NCBI GenBank assembly: GCA_016288155.1
Contig: JAEEYP010000105.1
Coordinates: 2,746 to 66,745 of the forward strand
Direction: 5' to 3'
From: Clostridiales bacterium
GTDB lineage: Bacteria; Bacillota; Clostridia; Oscillospirales; CAG-272
DNA: 64,000 bases
In this document: piece after piece, positions 63,849 through 64,000 of the stretch
Position numbering within the stretch: the first letter of the stretch is position 1
How the letters are laid out: every line of letters starts with the position of its first letter
The notes under the pieces: model-generated
Seen by the model: the letters and a program-made list of their open reading frames with translations, nothing else
Database searches by the model: none
Told to the model about the DNA's origin: nothing
Program-made: the position numbers and the translations under genes

Positions 63849-63877
63849 TTGACTTTCTTCTTTGGCGGTGTTATAAT
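63849..63877 (+). promoter_or_regulatory. Promoter TTGACT-17-TATAAT (TG-extended)
   Basis: gTTGACTttcttctttggcggtgtTATAATaac. Confidence 0.65.
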
Positions 63878-63911
63878 AACAGATAACGAACCATCCGAGG
63901 GAGGCCGCATC

Positions 63912-64000
63912 ATGAGAAACCGTATCGTCGTCGCCGGCAACATCGTCGTTGACCGGCTCTACCCCATTTCGGGCTATCCCGACCGGGGACAGCTCACCAC
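63912..64000 (+). CDS. PfkB/ribokinase-family carbohydrate kinase, N-terminal fragment (runs off window)
   Basis: GGGAGG RBS. MRNRIVVAGNIVVDRLYPISGYPDRGQLT matches the PfkB N-terminal strand/GE-T motif. Confidence 0.55.
   Translation, partial: MRNRIVVAGNIVVDRLYPISGYPDRGQLT

Noticed and set aside
1-64000. CRISPR arrays, tRNA/rRNA genes and known defence-system signatures.
   Set aside because: I saw no regularly spaced short repeats, no cloverleaf-like or rRNA-like segments in the intergenic regions, and no nuclease/helicase/methylase-type ORFs. This is a visual scan only; tRNAscan or Infernal would be decisive.

Overview
High-GC (mid-60s % by eye) Gram-positive-type chromosome segment, probably a Clostridia/Oscillospiraceae-like gut anaerobe; this is inferred from GGAGG ribosome-binding sites, lipoboxes, SLH domains and near-consensus TTGACA-17-TATAAT promoters. 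I call about 57 CDS. I saw no rRNA, tRNA, CRISPR array, transposase or integrase. Housekeeping genes are few: trmB, ddh and nrdR. Most of the window is accessory glycan and small-molecule metabolism. This includes GH25-SLH, GH35, several SGNH/alpha-beta esterases, a beta-helix protein, TIM-barrel isomerases, Gfo/Idh/MocA, AKR, RpiB and several uncharacterised GH-like proteins. Five paralogous solute-binding lipoproteins are present, with no ABC permease or ATPase anywhere in the window. The most interesting items are as follows. (1) A corrinoid methyl-transfer module (UroD-family methyltransferase, corrinoid protein, DUF2284, RACE activator) lies next to a stand-alone homocysteine S-methyltransferase that is co-oriented with a GH-like gene. 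(2) A low-GC island encodes a secreted BspA-type LRR protein followed by two paralogous unannotated mini-ORFs. (3) A TIM-barrel::PmoA/DUF6807 fusion is in an operon with a Gfo/Idh/MocA oxidoreductase. (4) A GNAT gene is interrupted by one in-frame TAG, in a window where no called CDS ends in TAG. (5) Two sets of duplicated promoter plus signal-peptide cassettes occur, along with phased operator-like repeats. All functional calls come from motif recognition by eye; no searches were run.
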